64,000 nt of DNA from an uncultured Gammaproteobacteria bacterium (GTDB lineage Bacteria; Patescibacteriota; Patescibacteriia; PEXW01): positions 139,120 through 203,119 of the forward strand of contig CAZAMC010000003.1 of the NCBI GenBank assembly GCA_964486505.1, read 5' to 3'. Each line of letters opens with the position of its first letter. Position 1 is the first letter of the stretch. The notes beneath the pieces were generated by a model. The model was given only the letters and a program-made list of their open reading frames with translations, ran no database searches and was not told the origin of the DNA. This document shows positions 29,744-39,231 of this stretch, in pieces. The position numbers were made by a program, and so were the translations under genes.

Positions 29744-29853
29744 ACGAATACTCCAAGCACAAGCCCCGACCTATTCGGGGCTTGTTTGACATTACCGAGT
29801 GGTGTGGTAAGTTCCGGTGAAATAGCAAATGCCCTTTACCAGAAGGAGTCTGC

Positions 29854-30159
29854 ATGCAAACCTTGATGCAGTACCTGTACCAGAAGTGTGAGTGGCTCGT
29901 GAAGGCGAGGTGGTTTCAATTCCTCATGACCTTCATTATCCTCCTCAACCCAATTGCGATTTTCCCGCAAGTGGTTGTGGTATTTACCGCCCCCAGTGTA
30001 GCCGGAGTGTCAGTCCAAGCCTTTGGGATCTTCGCCGCCATCCAACTCGCCTTCCTCTTTGAAGGTATTCGAACTAAGAATGCCGGCGTGTTTCTGGCTA
30101 TGGTGGTAAGTCTCATGGAGTCAATCACCATTATTACGGTTGTACTTATGCGAAGTTAA
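29854..30159 (+). CDS. Small PQ-loop/SemiSWEET-like membrane protein
   Basis: Three TMs; FPQ...VAGVS motif. Confidence 0.65.
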   Translation: MQTLMQYLYQKCEWLVKARWFQFLMTFIILLNPIAIFPQVVVVFTAPSVAGVSVQAFGIFAAIQLAFLFEGIRTKNAGVFLAMVVSLMESITIITVVLMRS

Positions 30160-30317
30160 CCACATGGCAATGAAACAGTAAGCCCTCAGGATCATCTGGG
30201 GGTTTTCCATATCCACCCTTGCCTAATCTGTTGCTGCTCTATACAATGCTCACGCATGGGAGCACCACGGAAGAATAGATGCGGATTTGGAAAAATTGAA
30301 TAAACCAGAATTCTTGT

Positions 30318-30393
30318 GGGAGCATAGCTCAGCTGGTAGAGCAGACGCCTCTTAAGCGTACGGTCGGGGGTTCGAACCCCTCTGCTCCCACCA
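30318..30393 (+). tRNA. tRNA-Lys(CTT)
   Basis: GGGAGCA...TGCTCCC-ACCA; anticodon loop CTCTTAA. Confidence 0.95.
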
Positions 30394-30529
30394 CCTCATT
30401 TCGCGGTTACAGTTCCGCGTGACGCGCTTTCGCGCATCCCGCTGCACCGTTCCCGCGAAGCCTCGGTCTACCTCGCAAACCCGTGCTCGTCCCGCGAGCG
30501 GGTCTGCGCTTCGTGTTTGCGAGGGCCCC
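30394..30529 (+). repeat. tRNA 3'-trailer two-hairpin element, copy 1
   Basis: TTTCGCGG..CCGCGAAG-CCTCG-N5-CCTCGCAAAC..GTTTGCGAGG-GCCCC. Confidence 0.8.
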
Positions 30530-30576
30530 AGAGAAATCTTGAAGTACAGTAAGGGGCGTGGTAGGTTTGTTTGTAC

Positions 30577-30652
30577 GCGCCCGTAGCTCAATGGATAGAG
30601 TACATGGCTTCGGACCATGGGGTTGGGGGTTCGAGTCCCTCCGGGCGCACCA
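30577..30652 (+). tRNA. tRNA-Arg(TCG)
   Basis: GCGCCCG...CGGGCGC-ACCA; anticodon arm CATGG-CTTCGGA-CCATG. Confidence 0.95.
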
Positions 30653-30779
30653 GCTCGTTTCGTGCTTCACCCTCCGTGACCGCACGGTTGTTTGGTCACT
30701 GCGGGTTTTGCACGAAGCCTCGCTGAACCCCGCAAACCCGTGCTCGCCTTCGGCTCCGCTCCTGCTTTGCGGGGACCCC
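30653..30779 (+). repeat. tRNA 3'-trailer two-hairpin element, copy 2
   Basis: TTTCGTGC..GCACGAAG-CCTCG-N5-CCCCGCAAA..TTTGCGGGG-ACCCC. Confidence 0.8.
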
Positions 30780-30908
30780 AATGCTACTTAAGGCACACAT
30801 CCCTCCGGGTGCATTAGCTCGATGAACGAGCATGCGTTTTTACTAGTATTTGTAAAAAATAAAACCACCGCCCTGGTTGGGCGGCGGCTGATTGGCGATC
30901 CCGAATAC

Positions 30909-31955
30909 TTAGCCTTTCAAGCTCTCTGGGTTCATCATGTACGCCTTCGCAATGTCTTCAGTTATTTCATTCGCTTCAAAGAGCCGTGTGAGGTCCTGGT
31001 CCATAGTCACCATACCGTCCGACGCCGACGTCTGGAGCACTGTCTTGATTTGCGCAATTTTGTTCTCCCGGATCAGGTTGGAAATTGCTGGTGTATTGAT
31101 GAGAATTTCCCGAGAAGAAATTCGCCCCCCATTCACCCGCGGCAGGAGCTGCTGCGAGATAATGCTTTTCAAGAACAGAGAAAGCTGAATGCGCACCTGG
31201 TCTTGCTGGTAGGGCGGGAAGACGTCGATGATGCGATCAACCGTCTGGGCGGCATTGAACGTGTGCAGGGTGGCGAGCACCAAGTGGCCCGTTTCAGCTA
31301 AGGTGATGGTTGCGGCAATGGTTTCGAGGTCGCGCATTTCCCCAACCATAATCACGTTTGGATCTTGACGGAGCACATGCTTCAAAGCATCCTGGAATGT
31401 CACCATGTCTGTGCCGAGCTGACGTTGCTTGATAATGGACTTCTTTGATTCGTAGAGGAACTCAATGGGATCCTCGAGCGTAATGATGTGCGCCGACCGC
31501 TCGTTGTTAATGAAGTTAATCATGGCGGCGAGCGTGGTTGACTTGCCACACCCCGTTGGCCCGGTAACGAGGATCAAACCCTGCTTCTGCCGCAACATCT
31601 CGTACACCACCTCGGGGAGCATCAAGTCCTCCATCGTGGGGATCTGCTGGGAAATGATACGAGAGACCAGACCAGCGTTATTCCGCTCCCAGTGGCAGTT
31701 CACACGGAAGCGAAAACCACCAGGAATCTCGTACGACATGTCGAGCTCCCGATCGGTGATGAACAGCTGCTTCTGCTTGTCGTTGAGAATGGAGAAGACA
31801 AGTGCCTGCGTATCTTTCGGCGAAAACGGAGGGATGCCTTCCACTTCATTCAGCTCCCCATCAATGCGCAGGATGGGCGGCTTGTTCGCCACGATGTGAA
31901 CGTCCGATGCGCGGCGGTCTACGGCAATCTTGAAAAGGTCGTCAATTTTTATCAT
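30909..31955 (-). CDS. pilT: Type IV pilus retraction ATPase
   Basis: ASDVH, GPTGCGKSTT, EDPIE, LRQDPN, GEMRD and ETGHLV motifs. Confidence 0.94.
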   Translation of the reverse strand: MIKIDDLFKIAVDRRASDVHIVANKPPILRIDGELNEVEGIPPFSPKDTQALVFSILNDKQKQLFITDRELDMSYEIPGGFRFRVNCHWERNNAGLVSRIISQQIPTMEDLMLPEVVYEMLRQKQGLILVTGPTGCGKSTTLAAMINFINNERSAHIITLEDPIEFLYESKKSIIKQRQLGTDMVTFQDALKHVLRQDPNVIMVGEMRDLETIAATITLAETGHLVLATLHTFNAAQTVDRIIDVFPPYQQDQVRIQLSLFLKSIISQQLLPRVNGGRISSREILINTPAISNLIRENKIAQIKTVLQTSASDGMVTMDQDLTRLFEANEITEDIAKAYMMNPESLKG

Positions 31956-31978
31956 ACGCGCAACCTCCTGGGTAAGGC

Positions 31979-32137
31979 CTACCAACGACGCTTCGGGCGC
32001 CGGGTGAGCAATGACGAAATACCGCGGACAATCCGTCGTCCGAGGCTGGGTGAAGACTTAGCGTAGTACATAGTCTGGCCAAGCATGAGCAAGCTGATTT
32101 GCCCTTGCGGGAATACACTTGGTGCGAGGCGTTTCAT
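31979..32137 (-). CDS. Possible small basic protein (52 aa)
   Basis: MKRLAPSVFPQGQ...RRPKRRW fills the gap upstream of pilT; no family recognised. Confidence 0.3.
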   Translation of the reverse strand: MKRLAPSVFPQGQISLLMLGQTMYYAKSSPSLGRRIVRGISSLLTRRPKRRW

Positions 32138-32271
32138 AGTGTGGTTTTTCTTTTAGGTTACGAATACAGTGTAGCACTTTTTTCTCATCTCGTCAACGTA
32201 CGCTTGCGAACCTCGGATAAACACGTTAGGGTGCAAAAAACGAAAAACTGCAACTTCGAAAGGTGGTGCAC

Positions 32272-32910
32272 ATGCCTGCGCCTTCAGCTCCAACTCGTTT
32301 GCACCAATTAGCAGCGTCAATCCTGTCGCCGGTGGTTCAGGCTCTCAATGCCGCCCACGTCGAGCCAAATGTGCTAACAGGACTGAGCGTTGGGTTTGCG
32401 ATGCTGGCCGCCTGGGCAATTGCGACGCACGCCTGGTGGTTGGCAATTCTCGCCCTCTTGAGCAATGGCCTCTGCGACATGCTCGATGGTGAGCTCGCGC
32501 GCCGGCAACCCCACCGTGCCGCCTGGCTCGTCCAGCTGGGCGCGTTCCTCGACCCTGCCGTTGATCGCATTGCCGATTCAATCCTCTTCCTCGGCATCAT
32601 TGCCTACCTCGTGCCCTGGGCACCCGAACGGTTCATCCTCATTGTGGTGGGCGCCTGTGCCGCAAACCTCATCTCCAGTTGGTTCCGGGCCAAGATTGAA
32701 TCGCTCAACCGCACGTTCACGGATCGCCGGCCGCTCACCCGCGCGACGTTCCACGTCCAAGTGCTCGCGGCCTGTCTGGGGGAACGGTATATTCCGGGCG
32801 CGTTCATGTGGGTTATGGCCTTCACCTGCGCCTCAACGTACTGGACCTTTGCCAGCCGCTTCCGGCACGCCATTGCCCTGTTCCACAAGCACACCCCGCC
32901 CTTTCCGTAG
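32272..32910 (+). CDS. CDP-alcohol phosphatidyltransferase (second paralogue)
   Basis: PNVLT and DMLDGELAR...GAFLDPAVDRIAD motifs. Confidence 0.88.
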   Translation: MPAPSAPTRLHQLAASILSPVVQALNAAHVEPNVLTGLSVGFAMLAAWAIATHAWWLAILALLSNGLCDMLDGELARRQPHRAAWLVQLGAFLDPAVDRIADSILFLGIIAYLVPWAPERFILIVVGACAANLISSWFRAKIESLNRTFTDRRPLTRATFHVQVLAACLGERYIPGAFMWVMAFTCASTYWTFASRFRHAIALFHKHTPPFP

Positions 32911-32953
32911 ACGCCCCACCTCACAGTGCTGGGCGTCTTGCTATACTAGGACT

Positions 32954-33208
32954 ATGGCAAAACTCCAACGCAAAGTTACGCTGCAGATCATTACGCTGCT
33001 CACCGGTGCGCTTGGCATGGTGGCGGCGCTCGCCTGGAATGAAGCGGTGAAAGCCCTGTTTGAAAAAATCTTCGGCGACGCCAGCAGCCTGGTCGCGAAG
33101 TTTACGTACGCGGTGGTGATTACCGCTATCGTCGTGTGGGTCACCACCCACTTGGCGAAGCTGCAGGATCAGTCGGACGAGGAGAAGAACCAGGACCGCA
33201 AGCCCTGA
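32954..33208 (+). CDS. DUF5654-like small membrane protein
   Basis: GALGMVAALAWNEAV...YAVVIT. Confidence 0.8.
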   Translation: MAKLQRKVTLQIITLLTGALGMVAALAWNEAVKALFEKIFGDASSLVAKFTYAVVITAIVVWVTTHLAKLQDQSDEEKNQDRKP

Positions 33209-33630
33209 CGCGCTTCGGCCGCTGTCCACACCAAGACTGCCACCGCGAGGATCACAGCCTGCGAGGCGAGGCAGACAATGCAGTAGGCCTGCAGGTCAAA
33301 AGCCTCTACGCCCGTGAGGAAGAGCGCAAACCCGAGGGCGCCGGCACTTGCCAGGGCCATTGCACCCCACGTAAGGGCGCGGAGTTTTTGCGTGATCATC
33401 AACCACACACTCCCCAGAGCAAGCAGCGCATAGCCAACTATGCCGATGAGCGCCACCGGCACGCCGGCAATCTGGCTGGCCCAGCTCTTGTTCACCACGT
33501 CGCAGTTGAAGGTGTCGTTGATATTGCAGAACGTGGATGGGCCCACGGTGTAGTGCAATTTCAACGCATAGGCCGACACGGCAATGCCAACAAGTGACAG
33601 GATGAGGATGGCGATGAGTTTGCGGCGCAT
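33169..33630 (-). CDS. Vitamin K epoxide reductase (VKOR) family protein
   Basis: C-x7-CDVVNKS loop, GVPVA and CIVC active site. Confidence 0.9.
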   Translation of the reverse strand: MRRKLIAILILSLVGIAVSAYALKLHYTVGPSTFCNINDTFNCDVVNKSWASQIAGVPVALIGIVGYALLALGSVWLMITQKLRALTWGAMALASAGALGFALFLTGVEAFDLQAYCIVCLASQAVILAVAVLVWTAAEARQGLRSWFFSSSD

Positions 33631-33719
33631 GGTCTGTAGGCTACCAGGTTGACGCGCCCTCGTCGAGGCGGTACCGTAGGCGCACAAACCCATAAATGCC
33701 CTTTGAGAAAGGAGGCTCC

Positions 33720-34922
33720 ATGTACGGAGTCCGCATTGCTGGATTGGGCACGGCCGTGCCTAACTGGCGCATTACAAACGCAATGATCGCGCAGCTCCTC
33801 CAGGATGAACGCGAACGCCTGCGGGTGTTGAAGGTTAAGGTTCCAGCCGATCAAGAAAAAGAGTTCGAGACGAATGATGAGTGGATCCAGTCGCGAACGG
33901 GCATTCGCCAACGCTACTTTTGCCCGCGGGATAACTCCGTGGCGACCAGTGACCTTGCCGTCGAAGCCGCTGGCAATGCCTGGACCGATGCTTACGGCGA
34001 AGCGCTGGATACCTTCCCCGAATTCATCATCATTGCCACGGTGAGTCCGGACCACTTCACCACCCCGCCGACCTCGGTCATAGTGCACCGGAAGTTGGGC
34101 GTGCCGAAAACCCAGGGTGGGCACGTGTGGCCCTGTGTCCTGGCTGACATCACGCTTGCGTGCACGAGCTTCATGGTGGCCTTGCAATACGGCTGCATGC
34201 TCATCGAAACCGGGCGGTGCCAGCGGGGCTTGGTCATTGGCGCGGACCGCATGAGTACCACGATGAGCTGGCAGCGGCGATCCCCCTTCGTCATCCTCGG
34301 TGACGGTGCAGGCGCGCTCGTCCTTGAGCGCACAACTGCGGAGGGATCCTTCATCCAGCCTAACCACTGGATTGTGGCCGGTGATGGTGGCAAGGACGGA
34401 GAAATGGAAAACCTCATTAAGAACTGGGCGGGCGGCTCAGCCCAACCGCTGCAGCCGGAGCACCTTCGTCCGCTCGTCGAAGCGCACCTCATGGCTATGG
34501 ACGGCAACCCCGTCTTCCAGACTGTGGGTCCGCTGGTTACGAAGACGGTCATCCCGGCAATTCTCGAACGCATTGAGCTCACGCTGGAAGACATCGACGT
34601 GCTCGTCCTCCACCAAGCCAACCAGCGGATTACCGACTTCGTGGCGAAGGGCTTACAGAAGTCCAATCCGAAAACGGACATCCGCATCGCCACGCTGGAC
34701 AATCCCGACGGCACATCGGTAGCCCCGAAACCGAACGGCGGGCACATCGTCCGGATATTCTGCAACATCGAACGGTACGGGAACATGACCTCCGCCAGTG
34801 TCCCGACCGCCCTCGCCGAAGCACGGGATGCTGGCGTTATTCAGCCGGGATCGAAAGTGATAATTTCGGCTTTCGGCGGCGGCTTGAGCTGGGCCGCAGC
34901 ATTCGCTACCTGGAGGGAGTAA
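33720..34922 (+). CDS. fabH: 3-oxoacyl-ACP synthase III (FabH-like)
   Basis: EWIQSRTGI, ACTSF (Cys), GDGAGA, HQAN (His), YGNMTSAS (Asn) and AFGGGLSW motifs. Confidence 0.88.
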   Translation: MYGVRIAGLGTAVPNWRITNAMIAQLLQDERERLRVLKVKVPADQEKEFETNDEWIQSRTGIRQRYFCPRDNSVATSDLAVEAAGNAWTDAYGEALDTFPEFIIIATVSPDHFTTPPTSVIVHRKLGVPKTQGGHVWPCVLADITLACTSFMVALQYGCMLIETGRCQRGLVIGADRMSTTMSWQRRSPFVILGDGAGALVLERTTAEGSFIQPNHWIVAGDGGKDGEMENLIKNWAGGSAQPLQPEHLRPLVEAHLMAMDGNPVFQTVGPLVTKTVIPAILERIELTLEDIDVLVLHQANQRITDFVAKGLQKSNPKTDIRIATLDNPDGTSVAPKPNGGHIVRIFCNIERYGNMTSASVPTALAEARDAGVIQPGSKVIISAFGGGLSWAAAFATWRE

Positions 34923-35061
34923 GCACTTTGTATGAAACGCACCGTACGCCACCGGTGTGTTTTTCAATACGGCGGAAACAAAACCTGCATTGACAATGGG
35001 GACGGTTGTTGGTAATACACCTTCACCAAGAAATCAAAAACCCTTTGACAAGGAGGAATGC

Positions 35062-35979
35062 TTGAACGGTTTCAAAGCGGTGCTCAAGAGAGCCCAGGAG
35101 ATTGAGGCGGCGCGCTACGTACCAGTTCCAACGCAGACGTCGGTGGTGCTCCCCATCGTGGGCGCAGTCCGCATCACCGAAGAAAAGCTCGGTGGCGACG
35201 CGCGCTGGAGGGCGACAAATCCAGAGCAGGAAATATTCCTGCGGGACTACTACGGGTCAACGATTTCGCTGCTGGCAAGGGTGCCGGAGCTCGTATCGAG
35301 TGCCGAGGTACTCAAGGCTGCTGACCGGTATGAAGTGCGGGCGAAGAGCGTGCTGGATGTCACCGTCGAGTGGCCCGAGCTGGGTGATCAGACGGACATT
35401 GAGCACGCAATTACCAAGCAGCGCTTCGCGGGTGTTCGCATGAAGAGTGCGTACGTGACCTTCTTCCGCACTGCGGACCACCCGTACCCCGTAGCCTGTG
35501 TGAAGACGAAAACTGGTGACACTGTGTATATGGCTATGTGCCCAGAAGCACGGGGCCTGAAAGATCGGGAACTCGACCGGCTCATTGCCAAGTGCTTCTC
35601 CAGTGCCCAGCTTCGCCCCACATTTCGTGAATTCGGTGGCCTGCGCTTCCCCATGGTCAAGCACGAGCGCCTAGAGAACATCACCTGGCTCGTGGGCATG
35701 CGCGGCCAGGATGCCGAAGAGTGGCCCGCGGAAATCGTGGAGGCAACGCAGGAGACGAAGCTCCGTATGAACTGCAAAGGAGCACGCGTGCGCTCCGAGG
35801 TGCGACTCCGCACAGTGGTGTTACTCAGCGCCGGTCCCATGGACATGCCCCCGCCTGACCACACCATCGACCTCCCGTTCCTCATCTGGTTCACCCGACC
35901 GTCGCTCCCGGTCCCGTACGCCATTGCGCTCATTGGCGAAGCTGACTGGCGCGACCCCGGTGACCTCGAAAACATCTAG
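35062..35979 (+). CDS. Hypothetical protein with a serpin-like C-terminus
   Basis: SD AGGAGG before TTG 35062; QETKLRMNCKGARVRSE...IDLPFLIWF resembles the serpin hinge/RCL/PF motif. Confidence 0.6.
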   Translation: MNGFKAVLKRAQEIEAARYVPVPTQTSVVLPIVGAVRITEEKLGGDARWRATNPEQEIFLRDYYGSTISLLARVPELVSSAEVLKAADRYEVRAKSVLDVTVEWPELGDQTDIEHAITKQRFAGVRMKSAYVTFFRTADHPYPVACVKTKTGDTVYMAMCPEARGLKDRELDRLIAKCFSSAQLRPTFREFGGLRFPMVKHERLENITWLVGMRGQDAEEWPAEIVEATQETKLRMNCKGARVRSEVRLRTVVLLSAGPMDMPPPDHTIDLPFLIWFTRPSLPVPYAIALIGEADWRDPGDLENI

Positions 35980-35988
35980 CTCACTTGC

Positions 35989-36020
35989 AAAAGCCATCCA
36001 CGGTATCGTGGATGGCTTTT
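35989..36020. terminator. Bidirectional intrinsic terminator
   Basis: AAAAGCCATCCACG-loop-CGTGGATGGCTTTT between convergent genes. Confidence 0.75.
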
Positions 36021-36041
36021 CCTTACAATCGATATGTTGAA

Positions 36042-36959
36042 CTAGCCCGCTGACATGGCCAGAAACTTCTCTGCATCCAGCAGCGCCATCACACCGAAAC
36101 CCGCGGCTACCGAAGCCTGCCGGTAGCGGGGATCGTGCACGTCGCCGGCGGCAAAAACCCCCTCCACGTTTGTCTTGGTGAAGTCCTTCACCACAATGAA
36201 GCCGTGGCTATCAACCTCGAGCTGGTCTTTAAAAATATCAGTTGCGGGTTTGTGGCCAATGGCGAGGAACAGCCCTTGGCAAGCGTAGTCCCGCACCTCA
36301 CCCGTCTGCGCATCCTTCAGCTTCACCCCAGCTACCGCTTGCTCACCAAGCACATCAACAACCTCACTTTTCCACTGCACGGAAATTTTCGGATTTGCAA
36401 GAACACGATCCTGCATAATCTTGCTGGCGTTGAATGAATCTTTCCGATGGACAATTGTCACTTTTGTAGCAAACTTTGTAAGAAAATTTGCTTCTTCCAT
36501 TGCCGTGTCGCCGCCACCGACGATTACGACTTCCTTGCCCTTGAAGAAGAATCCGTCACACGTGGCGCACGCCGATACGCCAGCGCCCCGCAGGCGCTGC
36601 TCATTGGGTAAACCCAGCCACTTCGCCTGCGCGCCCGTGGCGACAATGACGGTCTGCGCTTGTAGCGCTTGATCACCCACCCACAGCCGAAAAGGCCGTT
36701 GGGAAAAATCGACCTTTGTAACGTTCCCATCAATGAACTGCGTACCAAAATGCGCCGCTTGATCGCGCAGCTTCTGCATGAGCTCTGGCCCCTTGATGCT
36801 CACGTAACCGGGGAAATTTTCTACGTCTGTCGTATCCATGAGCTGGCCGCCCGGCTTCATACCAGCAATGACTAGGGGCTGGAGCTCGGCCCGGGCACCG
36901 TAAATTGCCGCCGATAAACCCGCCGGACCAGAACCAATGATAATGAGTTTATGAGCCAT
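36042..36959 (-). CDS. trxB: Thioredoxin-disulfide reductase
   Basis: IIGSGPAG, GVSACATCDG, GGGDTAMEEA and GVFAAGD motifs. Confidence 0.96.
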   Translation of the reverse strand: MAHKLIIIGSGPAGLSAAIYGARAELQPLVIAGMKPGGQLMDTTDVENFPGYVSIKGPELMQKLRDQAAHFGTQFIDGNVTKVDFSQRPFRLWVGDQALQAQTVIVATGAQAKWLGLPNEQRLRGAGVSACATCDGFFFKGKEVVIVGGGDTAMEEANFLTKFATKVTIVHRKDSFNASKIMQDRVLANPKISVQWKSEVVDVLGEQAVAGVKLKDAQTGEVRDYACQGLFLAIGHKPATDIFKDQLEVDSHGFIVVKDFTKTNVEGVFAAGDVHDPRYRQASVAAGFGVMALLDAEKFLAMSAG

Positions 36960-37110
36960 AGGGGTGAGGAATGTGGAAGCCCCCGCATCATAGCAATATC
37001 CTTCGACCCATCGCAAGGAACTCGCGAGAGAGAAAATCTCGTCACGAGGAAGGACGAGGATTCCCGCGGCGCGGGATCCGTGTCCTGACAAAGTTACACC
37101 AGCCCCGATA

Positions 37111-39231
37111 TTATTGCTCCTCCCAGCTCAACGTCTCGTACTGCCCCGTGGTGGGGAAATCAGGCGGCGGGGCGTAACTCAAGTTCGCATCGAAGATAAG
37201 GTCACGCAAGCAGTACCCCGAATTGTTATACTGGCCACCCCCACAATCAAACAGATTGTAGCCGGTCCAGGCAAAACCGTACCGTTGGTTCGTTGCAATC
37301 GCTCCAAAGTTCGTTAGCTGGGCGCGCTTGCGGTACTCCTGGCACGTTGTCCCGCCATCTGGATTTTGGCTCTGCGTGCAGGTGTCGGTGGTCACGCAGG
37401 TATCACCGGACGTACAGGGCCCCGTACTCGTCGTCACGCAGGTGTCGGTGGTCACGCACGGCCCAACGTCAGGCGCGCTCGAATCACACGTCCCAAAACC
37501 GGTACAGTGCGAATTCTGGGAGCACCCCCGATTATGGTCACCGGTACACCAACCGTTGCACCGCGCGTTCGTCGTGCACGAACGAGTTGGATCATTCTGG
37601 CAGTAGTTGCGGCAGTTGGTGTTCGTCGTGCACGCGCGCGTGGGAAACGCGTTGCAGTAGTTAATGCAGTCCCCGGTGACCGTGCAGGCGCGGTCGGTGT
37701 CCGTGCTGCACTTGTTGTTGCACTGAGCGTCGGCCGTGCAGTTGAGCGTGGGCGTGGCTTGGCAGTAGTTTGTACAGTCGCCATTCACGGCACAGGATCG
37801 TGCGGGGTTGCCCACGCAAATGCCGCCGGTGGGGTAGAGTTGGAAGTTCGCATTGTTCGTCGAGGTCGTGAAGCCTGCCCCGTAGTACGGTCGGCCCACC
37901 CGCCCGTTCTGAGCAATGAGGGCGGCGTCAATGCGAATGTCATTCTCGCTAAAGTACCCAACGAGAATGTTGTCCTGCGCGATGAGCCCAATAACGTCGC
38001 CACCGCTCGTATCGCCAACCGGCGTATACGTGAGGTCCTCGTTCAAGTAGATGTTTGCGCGGCCCGATGCAAGCGGCTCACGAGCGGCCACGATAGTGAG
38101 CCGAGAATTATCAACAGCCCCGTCAACCCAGAGATCGTCTTCCACGAAGATAATGCCATTTGCGGGCAGGTCTACGCCCAGGGAAGAGCCGCCGTTGTAG
38201 GTAAAGGCCGCCTGGTCATTCGCCCGGGTGCCCACGGAGTGTGACGACTGCACGCAGGTTGCCCCCGACGAACACTGGCTACTCTGTGTACAGCTGGTGT
38301 TGAAATCATTTGAACAGTACCCAAAGTCACGCCACGTCCCGCTGGCGTTGTACTGGCAGCGTAGCTGCGCATTCACCACGCGCATGTCAACCTTGCCATC
38401 GGTACGGAGCGTGAGGTGGTACCCTTGCCCACCGGATGGGAGCAGACGTATGCCGCTGGCAATAGCTTTGGTCTGCAACGCCTGCAAGTCCGCGGTGATA
38501 TTGGCGAAATCTACGTAGTCAGCCTGTACCTGCCGGCCCGCTTCAAAAACGTCGGGGCGGCTAGCAATTGTGGCCGGCGGCGCGGCGGGTGGAATGGGGT
38601 CGGTGGGGGCTATGTGTGTATGTACGCCCAGCTCGTTGCTGCCGGTGTGGTCAGGATCGTCGTAGCTATACCGGTACGACGTGACGAGATTATGTGCCAA
38701 ACCGTCAAACCGGATGCCGCCATTGCTGTGTATAGGACCAAATACTTCGGTACCGACGCCGAAGCGCATATCGGCATTCGCCACGACCGCCCACTTGGTG
38801 AATGAGGGGATCCCTTGCCGCACAACCACGGTGCGTGCGCTCGCCGGCCGATTGGTGAGCTGTCCAGTGGAGGTAATGGTTACAACCGTTGACCCCGAAG
38901 GGGGTGGCGCGATATCCAGGGTAAACGTGCCAATCACATTCCCGGTGGTGTCACGGTACTGGTGCACGTAGGGTCCCGTCGTACCCGTGCCATCTTGGAA
39001 ATCATCGGGCACGTGGGCAAGGTGCCACCGGTAGTACTCTACGCCTGCTTCGGCAATCTGAAATGCGCGCTCGCGTTCTACCCGAAATTTACTCGCCGCG
39101 TTCTGGGTGATGATGAACTGGAGGGCCAGCATACCGAGTGTGACGAAAAGTCCGGTGATAACCAGAATGCTCACGAGCATCGAGCCGGAGGACTGATTCG
39201 TTCGCGGTGAATTGGCGCGCGCACGACTCAT
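37111..39231 (-). CDS. PilX-like minor pilin with a Cys-rich insert
   Basis: GSMLVSILVI...AFQIAEAGVEY N-terminus; GPIHSNG and GLIAQ motifs; Cys repeats. Confidence 0.82.
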   Translation of the reverse strand: MSRARANSPRTNQSSGSMLVSILVITGLFVTLGMLALQFIITQNAASKFRVERERAFQIAEAGVEYYRWHLAHVPDDFQDGTGTTGPYVHQYRDTTGNVIGTFTLDIAPPPSGSTVVTITSTGQLTNRPASARTVVVRQGIPSFTKWAVVANADMRFGVGTEVFGPIHSNGGIRFDGLAHNLVTSYRYSYDDPDHTGSNELGVHTHIAPTDPIPPAAPPATIASRPDVFEAGRQVQADYVDFANITADLQALQTKAIASGIRLLPSGGQGYHLTLRTDGKVDMRVVNAQLRCQYNASGTWRDFGYCSNDFNTSCTQSSQCSSGATCVQSSHSVGTRANDQAAFTYNGGSSLGVDLPANGIIFVEDDLWVDGAVDNSRLTIVAAREPLASGRANIYLNEDLTYTPVGDTSGGDVIGLIAQDNILVGYFSENDIRIDAALIAQNGRVGRPYYGAGFTTSTNNANFQLYPTGGICVGNPARSCAVNGDCTNYCQATPTLNCTADAQCNNKCSTDTDRACTVTGDCINYCNAFPTRACTTNTNCRNYCQNDPTRSCTTNARCNGWCTGDHNRGCSQNSHCTGFGTCDSSAPDVGPCVTTDTCVTTSTGPCTSGDTCVTTDTCTQSQNPDGGTTCQEYRKRAQLTNFGAIATNQRYGFAWTGYNLFDCGGGQYNNSGYCLRDLIFDANLSYAPPPDFPTTGQYETLSWEEQ

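Noticed and set aside
30257-30264. TGGGAGCA copy of the tRNA-Lys 5' end just after its promoter
   Set aside because: Only 8 nt and could be chance, though reminiscent of the tRNA-Val case
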